DNA from: a virus
Taxonomy: Duplodnaviria; Caudoviricetes
DNA length: 63,287 bases
Strand: one strand, 5' to 3'
Virus record (IMG/VR): IMGVR_UViG_3300042868_006184
Coordinates: 1-63,287 of that record
The notes under the pieces are model-generated. The model saw nothing but the letters and a program-made list of their open reading frames with translations, did no database searches and was not told the DNA's origin. The position numbers and the translations under genes are program-made. Below, one piece after another: positions 48,260 through 57,416 of the stretch (position 1 is its first letter; the number at the start of each line of letters is the position of its first letter).

Positions 48260-49222
48260 ATGATGGAAGTGAATGTAGGGAGTGAAGATATGAAAATACT
48301 ATACGACTTCGTAAATGAGAAGCCTAAAAAAAAGGTGGAAAATTACGACTTAGACGTATTCGACAATAGGAGGTCAGATTATGCACCTGCCCGTTATGAG
48401 GAGGATGAATGGCTTGGGAAACAAAAGGAGGAGAAGCCAGAATTTCTTGTCGATGATTTCGATTTTTCCGATATAAAGGGAGATTTGAAAGGTTCTTTGA
48501 AAAAAATTAAGAAGCGTAGAGCATTAAAAAACTTCGGAGTTAAGAAAAGTGCTACCATTGTTGCCAAAGAGGGTGTTATAAGAACGACTAACAAGATAAT
48601 TATTCCTAAAGATAGAAAGATAATCATTGAGGGAGTAGAGAATTTCATTACACAAGCAGACGAAAAATATAAGCAAATAGGTTACTATAAGGGCAATAAA
48701 CTAAAAGAGTTAATATTAATATTCAATAACGATTCTACTTTAGATTTTACTGTTGACTTATTTAGTCCTAGCTTTATAAACGACTACATGGTAAGTAATA
48801 CTGGCGATATTAACAACAAAATTGATGTTGAGGGTAGGAGTGTAACTTATAGAGATTTGGTTGCTTATATGTGTGGTGGAAATAGCACTTATATCCATAA
48901 TGGACGATTTGTTTTTGAAGGTTCAAACATATCAAATCAAGCGTCACAGCCATTGACTTTTAACAATAGAAATATAGAAGGAGATGCCAATATTCACCCT
49001 ATTAATCCAAGACAATTTATTGATATATACCAATACCAAAGTAACATTGTTTTAATTGACATTGATAGTGCATTGAATAGACCTTTTATACCAGATGGAT
49101 TGGATTCTTTACAATATAAGGTTTTGGCAGGTATGACCGTTACTTTCTGTTTTTATTTTGAAATCATTAAGTTGAAAGAGTTTTTTTATAACGAAGCAAG
49201 AAAAAGTAAAATTTTATTATAA
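48260..49222 (+). CDS. Paralog of the capsid candidate (second/minor capsid or vertex protein)
   Basis: Collinear with 40813: LILIFNNDST/YILQYVNSTT, VTYRDL/GTYGRM, SQPLT/SQTLT, DIYQYQSNIV/DIYQYSTDTIV. Confidence 0.5.
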   Translation: MMEVNVGSEDMKILYDFVNEKPKKKVENYDLDVFDNRRSDYAPARYEEDEWLGKQKEEKPEFLVDDFDFSDIKGDLKGSLKKIKKRRALKNFGVKKSATIVAKEGVIRTTNKIIIPKDRKIIIEGVENFITQADEKYKQIGYYKGNKLKELILIFNNDSTLDFTVDLFSPSFINDYMVSNTGDINNKIDVEGRSVTYRDLVAYMCGGNSTYIHNGRFVFEGSNISNQASQPLTFNNRNIEGDANIHPINPRQFIDIYQYQSNIVLIDIDSALNRPFIPDGLDSLQYKVLAGMTVTFCFYFEIIKLKEFFYNEARKSKILL

Positions 49223-50034
49223 TGCCAGAATTATTTTCAACAAAATACGCAAACAATAGTAGGACGATTAGTGGTACTTCAAACGTCATAAACAAAGATG
49301 ATACTATATTGCTTTGTGATACAACAAGTGGTGCAGTAGCGGTTACTATTGGTGAGATACCAAACGGATTTTGGGACACTAACTACAAATTGTATATAAG
49401 TGATTATTCTAACAATGCTGGAACGAATAACATAACTATAAATGCACCAAGTGGTTTTACTATTAACAATGCAAGTTCTTTGGTTATATCGACAAATGGT
49501 GGCTCTGTTTTAATACAAATTGCGTCAAGTACGGCTTATGTAGGTAATTTAAACTATTGTTGCAATACCAAGCAGATAAGTTTTTATGAGGCTAATGCTA
49601 TTTTGACCGATATTATATTGCCTATTGATAACAATAAGAACAATTTATTAGCTAGTCTTTTGCTTACCATTACAGGTGAAACAAGCACATTGGGTGAGCG
49701 TTACATAATAAACACTAACTTAAATAGATTTCGTTTTACAATAAGTCCTACGGCAAATAATGGAACTATGTATTTAGTGTCAATTGTAACAAACGAACTT
49801 GATGTGGTGCAAGAAACAAATAGACAAGCAATACTTATTTTCAATGGCTACGCTTCTTCTGGTAACAATAATTCATTGATGTTGAATTGGATGCCAGTAA
49901 CTCCATTGAAGGTGGGGTGGAAAATAAAAACATATATCAATGTTGCTAGTATAGGCAATGATGTTGAGGTTAAATTTGAAAATACTTCAACTGCATTTAG
50001 TCAATGCTACGCAACAAGAACAAAACTTTTATAG
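49222..50034 (+). CDS. Spike/fibre protein 1
   Basis: N-terminal DD.LL.DT.SG..T domain shared with 54249 and 54973; beta-rich C-terminus. Confidence 0.65.
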   Translation: MPELFSTKYANNSRTISGTSNVINKDDTILLCDTTSGAVAVTIGEIPNGFWDTNYKLYISDYSNNAGTNNITINAPSGFTINNASSLVISTNGGSVLIQIASSTAYVGNLNYCCNTKQISFYEANAILTDIILPIDNNKNNLLASLLLTITGETSTLGERYIINTNLNRFRFTISPTANNGTMYLVSIVTNELDVVQETNRQAILIFNGYASSGNNNSLMLNWMPVTPLKVGWKIKTYINVASIGNDVEVKFENTSTAFSQCYATRTKLL

Positions 50035-50075
50035 GAACTAAACAATTTTTTTTAACAAACAAAAACAACAAACAA

Positions 50076-50303
50076 ATGGAACTAATTAACAGAAATGTGA
50101 GAAACATTCAAGCAAACCCATTAGCGTTTTTAGGTGGTGGTATCGCAGGATACTATGCTACATCTAAATTTATTAATGCGGACAACATGTGGTACAAATT
50201 AGGTGGTGCATTGTTAGGTGGTGTAATCGTTACGATGGTTGCTTCTTCTATGCAAGGTACAAAAGCCCAAATGGACACAAAGGCTATAATCGTAAAGAAA
50301 TAA
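50076..50303 (+). CDS. Gly-zipper two-TM membrane protein
   Basis: FLGGGIAGY, LGGALLGG; start moved to ATG 50076. Confidence 0.65.
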   Translation: MELINRNVRNIQANPLAFLGGGIAGYYATSKFINADNMWYKLGGALLGGVIVTMVASSMQGTKAQMDTKAIIVKK

Positions 50304-50307
50304 GCCA

Positions 50308-50817
50308 ATGACACCACAAACAAAAAAAGTCGTGGTAATAACTATATCCCTGCTTTCATTAGCGGGGTTAAGTTATTTTGCTTACACTTACTTTAAAAAG
50401 AAAAAAGAAGAGGATGTTTTACCAACACCTTCAGATACTATACCAACACCAACAACAACAACAACAAGTGGTACTACAAATACTCTACCACCAATTAATG
50501 TAGAAAATGCTACAAGTGGATTAAAACCTTTAAGTAATGCAGAGATAGTTGGGGCAACTAAAGGATTCCAAAATTGGATGGATGCTTTCAATCCAAATTG
50601 GTTAGTTGGACGTAGTGATAAAAAGCAAAATTTGAATAAAGATATATCTTTAGGCTATGGAAAATTTGGTTCACAGACTAAAAAAGCTATTTCTAATTTA
50701 TCAAATGCAAAAGGATTTGCTAGTTATCTATTAAAAAATGGATACAATGTTAATAGTTTAAAAAGAATTGCTATGTGGTTAAGTACACAAGGTGTTAATT
50801 TCCCAATGGCAGTATAA
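50308..50817 (+). CDS. N-anchored protein with Thr/Pro linker and PG-binding-like domain
   Basis: TM, PTPTTTT linker, FQNWM...GKFGSQTKKA. Confidence 0.55.
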   Translation: MTPQTKKVVVITISLLSLAGLSYFAYTYFKKKKEEDVLPTPSDTIPTPTTTTTSGTTNTLPPINVENATSGLKPLSNAEIVGATKGFQNWMDAFNPNWLVGRSDKKQNLNKDISLGYGKFGSQTKKAISNLSNAKGFASYLLKNGYNVNSLKRIAMWLSTQGVNFPMAV

Positions 50818-50827
50818 AAAAAATAAA

Positions 50828-51391
50828 ATGACTAGAGAAGAGTTTAAGAGATTAGTTCCAAGTAACCCATCGTTGGCAGATAGATATTATCAGCCTATTA
50901 AAGATACTATGAATAAATTTAATATTGACACTCCTTTACGACAAAGTCATTTTGTTGCACAATTACTACATGAAACGGGCAATTTGCAATATAACCAAGA
51001 AATTGCTAGTGGTAAAGCATACGAGGGTAGAAAAGACTTAGGCAATACAAGTGTTGGTGATGGAGTAAAATACAAGGGAAGAGGCTTGTTTCAACTTACA
51101 GGCAAAGCAAATTATAAAGCCTTTGGTGATTATATTGGAGTTGACTTGTTAAAGAATCCAGAGTTGGTTGCTAATGACCCAAAAATAAGTTCATTGGTAG
51201 CAGGATGGTTTTGGAATGCAAAAGGATTGAATAGAAAGGCAGACAATGATGATGTTCTTTCTGTAACTAAAAGTATTAATGGAGGCTTAAATGGATTAGC
51301 AGATAGGGTTAATAAATTAAAAAATGCCAAAGCCGTTATTACTGAACCTTATTATTTGGACTTAGGATTTATGAAGATTAAATTAAACTAA
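50828..51391 (+). CDS. GH19-family endolysin
   Basis: HFVAQLLHET, YEGRKDLGN, YKGRGLFQLTGKANY, INGGLNG. Confidence 0.92.
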   Translation: MTREEFKRLVPSNPSLADRYYQPIKDTMNKFNIDTPLRQSHFVAQLLHETGNLQYNQEIASGKAYEGRKDLGNTSVGDGVKYKGRGLFQLTGKANYKAFGDYIGVDLLKNPELVANDPKISSLVAGWFWNAKGLNRKADNDDVLSVTKSINGGLNGLADRVNKLKNAKAVITEPYYLDLGFMKIKLN

Positions 51392-51394
51392 ACC

Positions 51395-52024
51395 ATGAAA
51401 AGCACAATAGATTGGATATACGATAAAAAATGGTGGTTTTTAGGTGGTGTCGTATTAATCGGAGGTGTTTTAATTTATGTAAATAGAGATAAAGAAAAAG
51501 CTATGGCAAAAGAATTATTTGGAGGGCAAAAATGGTTTGACGAAAGTCTTAAATGGTATCGTGATAATAACACGAAAGGTATCGTGAGTAAACTTCATCC
51601 TCAATTTAGAGAAAAAGTAAAAGAGTTCTTTTCAAGAGTAGAAAAAGAGTTAGGTTTACAAATGTACGCAACAAGTGGTTATAGGACTTTTGAAGAACAA
51701 GCGATTTTAAAACGTAATAATAAGAATAATGCAGAGGCAGGATTTTCAGACCATAACTATGGTTTTGCTATTGACGTGAATGTTATTGACCCTAAAACAG
51801 GCAAAATAATCCTAAAGAAGGCAAATACTTCAAAAGATTGGGAAAATTCTGGAGTAGTTAAAATTGCAAAAGAAATGGGATTTAAGTGGGGAGGTGGAGG
51901 TGCTTTTGGTTCGTATCATGACCCTGTTCATTTTTATGAGAATCCAAAAGGTCTAAGTACAGCAAGTATGAGGGAATTACATAATTCGGGAAAAATTGAT
52001 AGCAATGGCTATGTTATAGTTTAA
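51395..52024 (+). CDS. M15-family peptidoglycan peptidase with N-terminal TM
   Basis: SGYRTFEEQ, SDHNYGFAIDV, WGG, DPVHF. Confidence 0.9.
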   Translation: MKSTIDWIYDKKWWFLGGVVLIGGVLIYVNRDKEKAMAKELFGGQKWFDESLKWYRDNNTKGIVSKLHPQFREKVKEFFSRVEKELGLQMYATSGYRTFEEQAILKRNNKNNAEAGFSDHNYGFAIDVNVIDPKTGKIILKKANTSKDWENSGVVKIAKEMGFKWGGGGAFGSYHDPVHFYENPKGLSTASMRELHNSGKIDSNGYVIV

Positions 52025-52034
52025 AAGAAAAAAA

Positions 52035-52673
52035 ATGACATTAGAAGAATTAAAAAAACTTGTTAAACCTGCATTGGCAGAAAAATATTATCAGCCATTG
52101 GTTGATACTATGAAGAAGTATAATATTAATACTCCTTTAAGAATGCAACATTTTTTAGCACAAGTTTTACATGAGAGTGGAGGTTTCCAATTTACAAAAG
52201 AACGAGGTAATGATGCTTATTTCAATAAATATGAGGGTAGAGCAAGTTTAGGTAATACGCAAGTTGGTGATGGTAAAAAATTTAAGGGAAGAGGTCTTAT
52301 CCAATTAACAGGTAGGGCAAACTATCAAAAGTTTAAAGAAGATAGTGGCATAGATGTAATAGCGAATCCAGACTTAGTGTCAGATGACCCAAAATTATCG
52401 GCATTAGTATCTGGTTACTTTTGGAATAGTAGAAACTTAAATGCTTTGGCAGATAAAGACGATGTAAAGGGGATTACTAAAAAAATAAATGGTGGCTATA
52501 ATGGTCTTGCAGAAAGACAAAGCTACTTAGCAAAAGCAAAAAGCATAGTTAGTGGATTAGTGGATACGGCAACCGAAACTGTAAAAAAAAACCCTATAAT
52601 AATAGCTAGTCTAACATTTGGAATAATAATAACATCATATATATTTTACAAAACAATAACTAAAAACAAATAA
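52035..52673 (+). CDS. GH19-family muramidase with C-terminal TM anchor
   Basis: HFLAQVLHES, GRGLIQLTGRANY, INGGYNG; TM IIIASLTFGIIITSYIFY. Confidence 0.92.
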   Translation: MTLEELKKLVKPALAEKYYQPLVDTMKKYNINTPLRMQHFLAQVLHESGGFQFTKERGNDAYFNKYEGRASLGNTQVGDGKKFKGRGLIQLTGRANYQKFKEDSGIDVIANPDLVSDDPKLSALVSGYFWNSRNLNALADKDDVKGITKKINGGYNGLAERQSYLAKAKSIVSGLVDTATETVKKNPIIIASLTFGIIITSYIFYKTITKNK

Positions 52674-52678
52674 AAAAA

Positions 52679-53167
52679 ATGGCACAAAAATCCGATTTGT
52701 ATTCAACTAACAATTTTGTTGTTACAACTGCTTCAACAGACATTAACGAAAAGTTAAACGAGCCTTATGGTGATAGTAATTTCTCATGGGCAAGTGGAGA
52801 AGGTTCAGACGATGATTTTTACTCTTTAGAGGGTGATTATTCAAACGCTAAAGGCGATAAAAAAAGTAAAAATAAGGCTGGTGGCTATGCAGATAGAAGA
52901 GATAAACGTGTAGAATCTGTTGCTAAAGCAAGAGAGGCTAAAGCACAAGCTAAACTTGAAGAGGCAAAAGCAAAAGGAGAATTGGCAAAACAAAGTGGCA
53001 AAGACGATGGTACTACTGCTTTGTTGTCACAAAATTTAACTCCTACTGATGTATCTTTAGCTGATACAGGAATGCCTTCTAAAAATATAATGATAGGTGT
53101 GGGAGTAGTAGCCTTATTAGGTATAGCATACTTTGGCTTTGGTAAACAATTAGGAATAAGAAAATAA
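52679..53167 (+). CDS. C-terminally anchored virion protein
   Basis: DDFYSLEGDYSNAKG identical to that in 44575; C-terminal TM. Confidence 0.65.
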   Translation: MAQKSDLYSTNNFVVTTASTDINEKLNEPYGDSNFSWASGEGSDDDFYSLEGDYSNAKGDKKSKNKAGGYADRRDKRVESVAKAREAKAQAKLEEAKAKGELAKQSGKDDGTTALLSQNLTPTDVSLADTGMPSKNIMIGVGVVALLGIAYFGFGKQLGIRK

Positions 53168-53173
53168 AATAAC

Positions 53174-53362
53174 ATGAAAAAGTTAAAAAATACAACGACA
53201 AACAAATTGCTTGTTATTGGTGGAACTGTTGCATTAACATCAGCTATTGGCTATTATGTAGGAAAGAAAAATGGTGATGAAAAAACACTAATGTACGCTG
53301 GTGCTTTTGTTGGCTTACTTATATCGCAAGGAATAGTTACTAACGTAGTCGATTTGAAATAA
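53174..53362 (+). CDS. Small two-TM protein
   Basis: Two hydrophobic helices. Confidence 0.6.
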   Translation: MKKLKNTTTNKLLVIGGTVALTSAIGYYVGKKNGDEKTLMYAGAFVGLLISQGIVTNVVDLK

Positions 53363-53363
53363 T

Positions 53364-53873
53364 ATGGAGTTAAGCAATAAAAATATAGCAATTGGCTTAG
53401 GTATTATTGGTGCTGGTGTTGGTGCTTTTTTGTACTATCAATACTTGCAACTTATGAAATACGTTATTAAGGTAAAAGGCATAAGTGTAAGAAGGTTAGG
53501 CTTAAAAGACATAAACTTTGATATATTTCTTAATTTTAGAAACGAATCAGATGTCAAGATAGATATTATTGAGCAAAAGCATAAAGTATATATAAACGAT
53601 ATAGAAATATCAAATATTCTAAATTACAATACCAATATTATTCAACCTAATTCAACGTCTGTAATAGGCTTTAATGTATCTATTGACCCTACAAAGATAT
53701 TGAACATCTTAAAGGTTAATTATATGGAGTTATTGGCAGACCCTAACAAAGTTACTTTATTGATTGATATGAATTTTAAAGTTAGGTTATATTTCTTTAA
53801 TGTAAACATCAATTATGGTTATACGATTGGCTTAAAAGATTTGATTGAACTAGCAAAAAAACCTAAACAATAA
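53364..53873 (+). CDS. LEA_2/WHy-like domain membrane protein
   Basis: N-terminal TM; LNFRNESDVKIDI...VYIND...IQPNSTS pattern. Confidence 0.65.
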   Translation: MELSNKNIAIGLGIIGAGVGAFLYYQYLQLMKYVIKVKGISVRRLGLKDINFDIFLNFRNESDVKIDIIEQKHKVYINDIEISNILNYNTNIIQPNSTSVIGFNVSIDPTKILNILKVNYMELLADPNKVTLLIDMNFKVRLYFFNVNINYGYTIGLKDLIELAKKPKQ

Positions 53874-53918
53874 AATTAATTTTAGTAGTTTTGTAATTCA
53901 TCAAAAAAAATATAAATT

Positions 53919-54236
53919 ATGAGTGGTTTTAGAGATTTTTTAGGCAAAGCAATGGAGAGTGTCGCAGAGAATATAATGACACCAGAGAAGTTAGAAGAGG
54001 TATTGACAAGTCACATTACTAATATCTTGACTAACATAAAAAATGGTGATGTAGAGGGTTTTTCTTTTGATAATACAAGAGATTTTTATGTGACGATATT
54101 ACCTTCAGATAAGGCAAGTGGAGAGGGGTTAGATTTTGATTTTGTTTTGCATGGCAGAGATAGTAAAACGAATGAGATTATACCATTAAAAAAACTATCA
54201 AAAAAACGAATAGCACGAATGTGTAAACAACAATAA
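53919..54236 (+). CDS. Hypothetical protein
   Basis: 105-aa ORF after a TAGTTTTG promoter element. Confidence 0.6.
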   Translation: MSGFRDFLGKAMESVAENIMTPEKLEEVLTSHITNILTNIKNGDVEGFSFDNTRDFYVTILPSDKASGEGLDFDFVLHGRDSKTNEIIPLKKLSKKRIARMCKQQ

Positions 54237-54248
54237 AAAAAACAAAAC

Positions 54249-54968
54249 ATGAACACTACAACAACATTAAATACAAAATACATTGGTGGATTCGGAATAA
54301 TCTATTTAGTTGATTGCAAAGACGATATAATTAACGTAGATACCTCGCAAGGTGCTTGTACAATTATTTTGCCTAATATAATTCAGAATGGATTAAATTC
54401 TATACCTAAGTCATTTTTTATTAATGATATAACAAATAAAGCTGAGACAAGTAATATTACAATTCTTCCAACACCAACTGACGTAGTTAATTCAGCTACC
54501 TCGTTTGTAATATCTAACAATGGTGGTACTGTAATTTGTAGTCCATCTTCTGCTAATGAATGGTTTATAAATTCTGCAATACCTACTGGAATGATTAGTG
54601 CATTTAGTAATGGATGGATTGATTATAGTTCTATATCTACTGTAACTGGTTGGGCTGCTTTACCTGCTCCTACAAAACAAATATTTTATAAAATTATTGA
54701 CAACAATAAGACATTACTTATCAATTTTGCAATTGGTGGCACATCAAATAGTGCAACAACAAATTTTACTTTACCTGCAACTCCTTTAGCTGGTATTACA
54801 GGTCGAGATTTAATTACTTGTGTAAATGCTGGACTTAATACCGTTGGTAGATTTGCTTATAGTTCTGCATCAAACATAATATCTTTTGTTCAAGATAATA
54901 GTGGTACACCATTTACTGCGGCAGGTACTAAACAAATCTATGGAACTATCATAATACCTATCGGATAA
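54249..54968 (+). CDS. Spike/fibre protein 2
   Basis: Shared N-terminal anchor domain; C-terminal beta-sandwich (FTLP motif). Confidence 0.7.
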   Translation: MNTTTTLNTKYIGGFGIIYLVDCKDDIINVDTSQGACTIILPNIIQNGLNSIPKSFFINDITNKAETSNITILPTPTDVVNSATSFVISNNGGTVICSPSSANEWFINSAIPTGMISAFSNGWIDYSSISTVTGWAALPAPTKQIFYKIIDNNKTLLINFAIGGTSNSATTNFTLPATPLAGITGRDLITCVNAGLNTVGRFAYSSASNIISFVQDNSGTPFTAAGTKQIYGTIIIPIG

Positions 54969-54972
54969 CTAA

Positions 54973-57189
54973 ATGCTATCTACGAATCCACATAATACTA
55001 AGTATCTAAGTGGCACTCAAACATATAATTTGAATTGCCAAGATGACGTATTAAATGTAGATACTTCTAGTGGATTAATTACTATCGTTTTACCAAACAT
55101 TATAAATAATGGTTTAGATTCTATTCCAAAGAGATTCTATGTTAATGATGTTGGTGGCTATGCTAGTGTCAATGGCATAACAATAGTATGTTTACAAGGA
55201 AATAGCGTTAATGGTAGTACGTCACTTATTTTATCGACAAACGATATAAGTGCAGAGTTGTTTCAATCTTCAAATACGGAATGGTTTGTTAGCAAGTCAA
55301 GTAGTGGTGGTGGTGGTGGAACAACTATAACCGTTGTTGCCAATTATAGTGCTTTGCCTAGTCCATCAACTGCAATGGGTCAATTCTATTGGTGTAGTGC
55401 ATCACAAGGCACTAAATGGCTTCCTTATTCATTAGGTGGTACATACTATCCTTTAGGACTTTATTACTCAAATGGTGTAACGTGGGAGTTCTTAGAAGTT
55501 CCTTATCAAAGTACACAAGCACAAGTAGATGCTGGAACAAACACAGATACTTTTGTAACTCCTAATACCTTTTCAAATGCAAGTAAATGGCTTACAAAAG
55601 AGGATATAGCAAATAAGTCTAGTTCATATACTCTTAGTTCTACGACTACCTATGCAAATACAAAAGCATTGGTGGATGGATTAGCTACAAAGCAAAATAT
55701 AATTACTCCACAACCATTTTCTAAGACAGATGACGTAAATGTAACCGCAACGCTTGGTGGTTCTTTTGCTACTGCTTTACTTAACGCAATGTCAATTACG
55801 CTTGGATGGACAGGCATACTTTCTATTGCTAGAGGTGGAACGGGATTAGGTTCTTTAGGTTCTGCATTACAATCCATTAGGGTAAATTCTTTAGCAACTG
55901 GATTAGAATATTTCACTCCTGCAAATACTTCTCCTCTTACAACTAAGGGTGATTTATATACATACGACACAACGAATACAAGATTGCCCGTAGGACTTGA
56001 CACGCAAGTTTTGTTGGCAGATAGTTCGACAACAACAGGATTAAAATGGGGAACAAATAGTGCTTCCACTCCTTTAGGTTATTATGGTGCTTGGCAAGAT
56101 GATATTACACAAACTGCTTTAGCAAATAACACAGGTTATCCAATGAAGTTTAGGATAGCAGATATTCCTCCTAACGGCATATCTATTGTTAGTGATAGTC
56201 AAATAACTTTTGCAAATACTGGCATATATAATATTCAATTTAGTTCACAATTTCAAAATTTAGATAATAGTCCGCAAGACGTTACTATTTGGTTAAGGTT
56301 AAATGGAGTAGATGTTGTTGGAAGTGCTGGTAATATAGGCTTAGAGGCAAGAAAAAACATAACAGACCCTTATCATACTATTGCATCATGGAATTATTTA
56401 TTAAGTGTAGTGGCAGGACAATATTATGAATTAGTTTGGAGTACAACAGATTATGTAAACGTAACTATGCCTTTTTATCCAGCAGGTTCTCCTCCTCCTT
56501 CATGTGCATCGGTTATATTAACTGTTACTCAACAAAGTGGTATAATGGCTGGTACGGGAATAACATCTATTAATTCACTAACGGGAGCAACACAAACAAT
56601 GGTAGCAGGAACAAGTGGAACGGACTTTGTTGTTAGTTCTCTTGGCACTACTCATACATTTAATTTACCTACCGCATCGGCTACTAATAGAGGTGCTTTA
56701 TCTACTACCGATTGGAGTGCATTTAATGGCAAGTTAGGTACTACCTTGGCAACAGGTAAAATATTCTTAGGTGTTGGTGGTGTCGCTACTGCTTCATCGA
56801 ATCCAAGAGCAATTTTAAATACAATGCTTGGCACATCTGTAGTTTTATCTACTACTATTTATTTTCTTCCTGCTTCTACTGGTGCTGGTAGTACTACTAG
56901 TGAAAGCGCAAGGACTTATTACTTAACCAATGATTGTACTTTAGGTAGATTATTAGTGGCTACTGCGGGTACGCAAAGTAGTACAGGTTCAGCTGTTCTA
57001 ACTATTAGACATAATGGTGTATCAAGTGGTATTTCAATAACTATTGCAGCAGGGTCAGCAATAGGTACTTTTACTGATTATGTAAATACAAGAACTTGTG
57101 CAGTAGGAGATGGTATTTCAATTCAAATAGTCAATAATGCAACAACAAATAGTGCTAACTTTAGACAAATAACTTTTAACATATTCTAA
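54973..57189 (+). CDS. Long fibre / receptor-binding protein 3
   Basis: Shared N-domain; ARGGTG and TTKGDL..RLPVG..QVL.ADS fibre motifs; C1q/BclA-like GIYNIQFS segment. Confidence 0.75.
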   Translation: MLSTNPHNTKYLSGTQTYNLNCQDDVLNVDTSSGLITIVLPNIINNGLDSIPKRFYVNDVGGYASVNGITIVCLQGNSVNGSTSLILSTNDISAELFQSSNTEWFVSKSSSGGGGGTTITVVANYSALPSPSTAMGQFYWCSASQGTKWLPYSLGGTYYPLGLYYSNGVTWEFLEVPYQSTQAQVDAGTNTDTFVTPNTFSNASKWLTKEDIANKSSSYTLSSTTTYANTKALVDGLATKQNIITPQPFSKTDDVNVTATLGGSFATALLNAMSITLGWTGILSIARGGTGLGSLGSALQSIRVNSLATGLEYFTPANTSPLTTKGDLYTYDTTNTRLPVGLDTQVLLADSSTTTGLKWGTNSASTPLGYYGAWQDDITQTALANNTGYPMKFRIADIPPNGISIVSDSQITFANTGIYNIQFSSQFQNLDNSPQDVTIWLRLNGVDVVGSAGNIGLEARKNITDPYHTIASWNYLLSVVAGQYYELVWSTTDYVNVTMPFYPAGSPPPSCASVILTVTQQSGIMAGTGITSINSLTGATQTMVAGTSGTDFVVSSLGTTHTFNLPTASATNRGALSTTDWSAFNGKLGTTLATGKIFLGVGGVATASSNPRAILNTMLGTSVVLSTTIYFLPASTGAGSTTSESARTYYLTNDCTLGRLLVATAGTQSSTGSAVLTIRHNGVSSGISITIAAGSAIGTFTDYVNTRTCAVGDGISIQIVNNATTNSANFRQITFNIF

Positions 57190-57416
57190 TGACATACAAA
57201 TATTATTCAAGTCAAGATGGTATATACCACATGGAAATTGAAATAGAAAGTGGTTCTATTGGTATGTGCTTAGACCCTAATGATAGCGAACATTCTCAAA
57301 TTATAAATGCTATTGGTACAAGTGAAGAAAAGGCATTAAAATACGCTACTTATTTATCCAATGGAGGATGCAATTACTTTGATTTAACTGAAATTCTAAA
57401 AACTATAAACACATGA
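57189..57416 (+). CDS. Hypothetical protein (possible fibre chaperone)
   Basis: Translationally coupled to the fibre gene. Confidence 0.5.
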   Translation: MTYKYYSSQDGIYHMEIEIESGSIGMCLDPNDSEHSQIINAIGTSEEKALKYATYLSNGGCNYFDLTEILKTINT

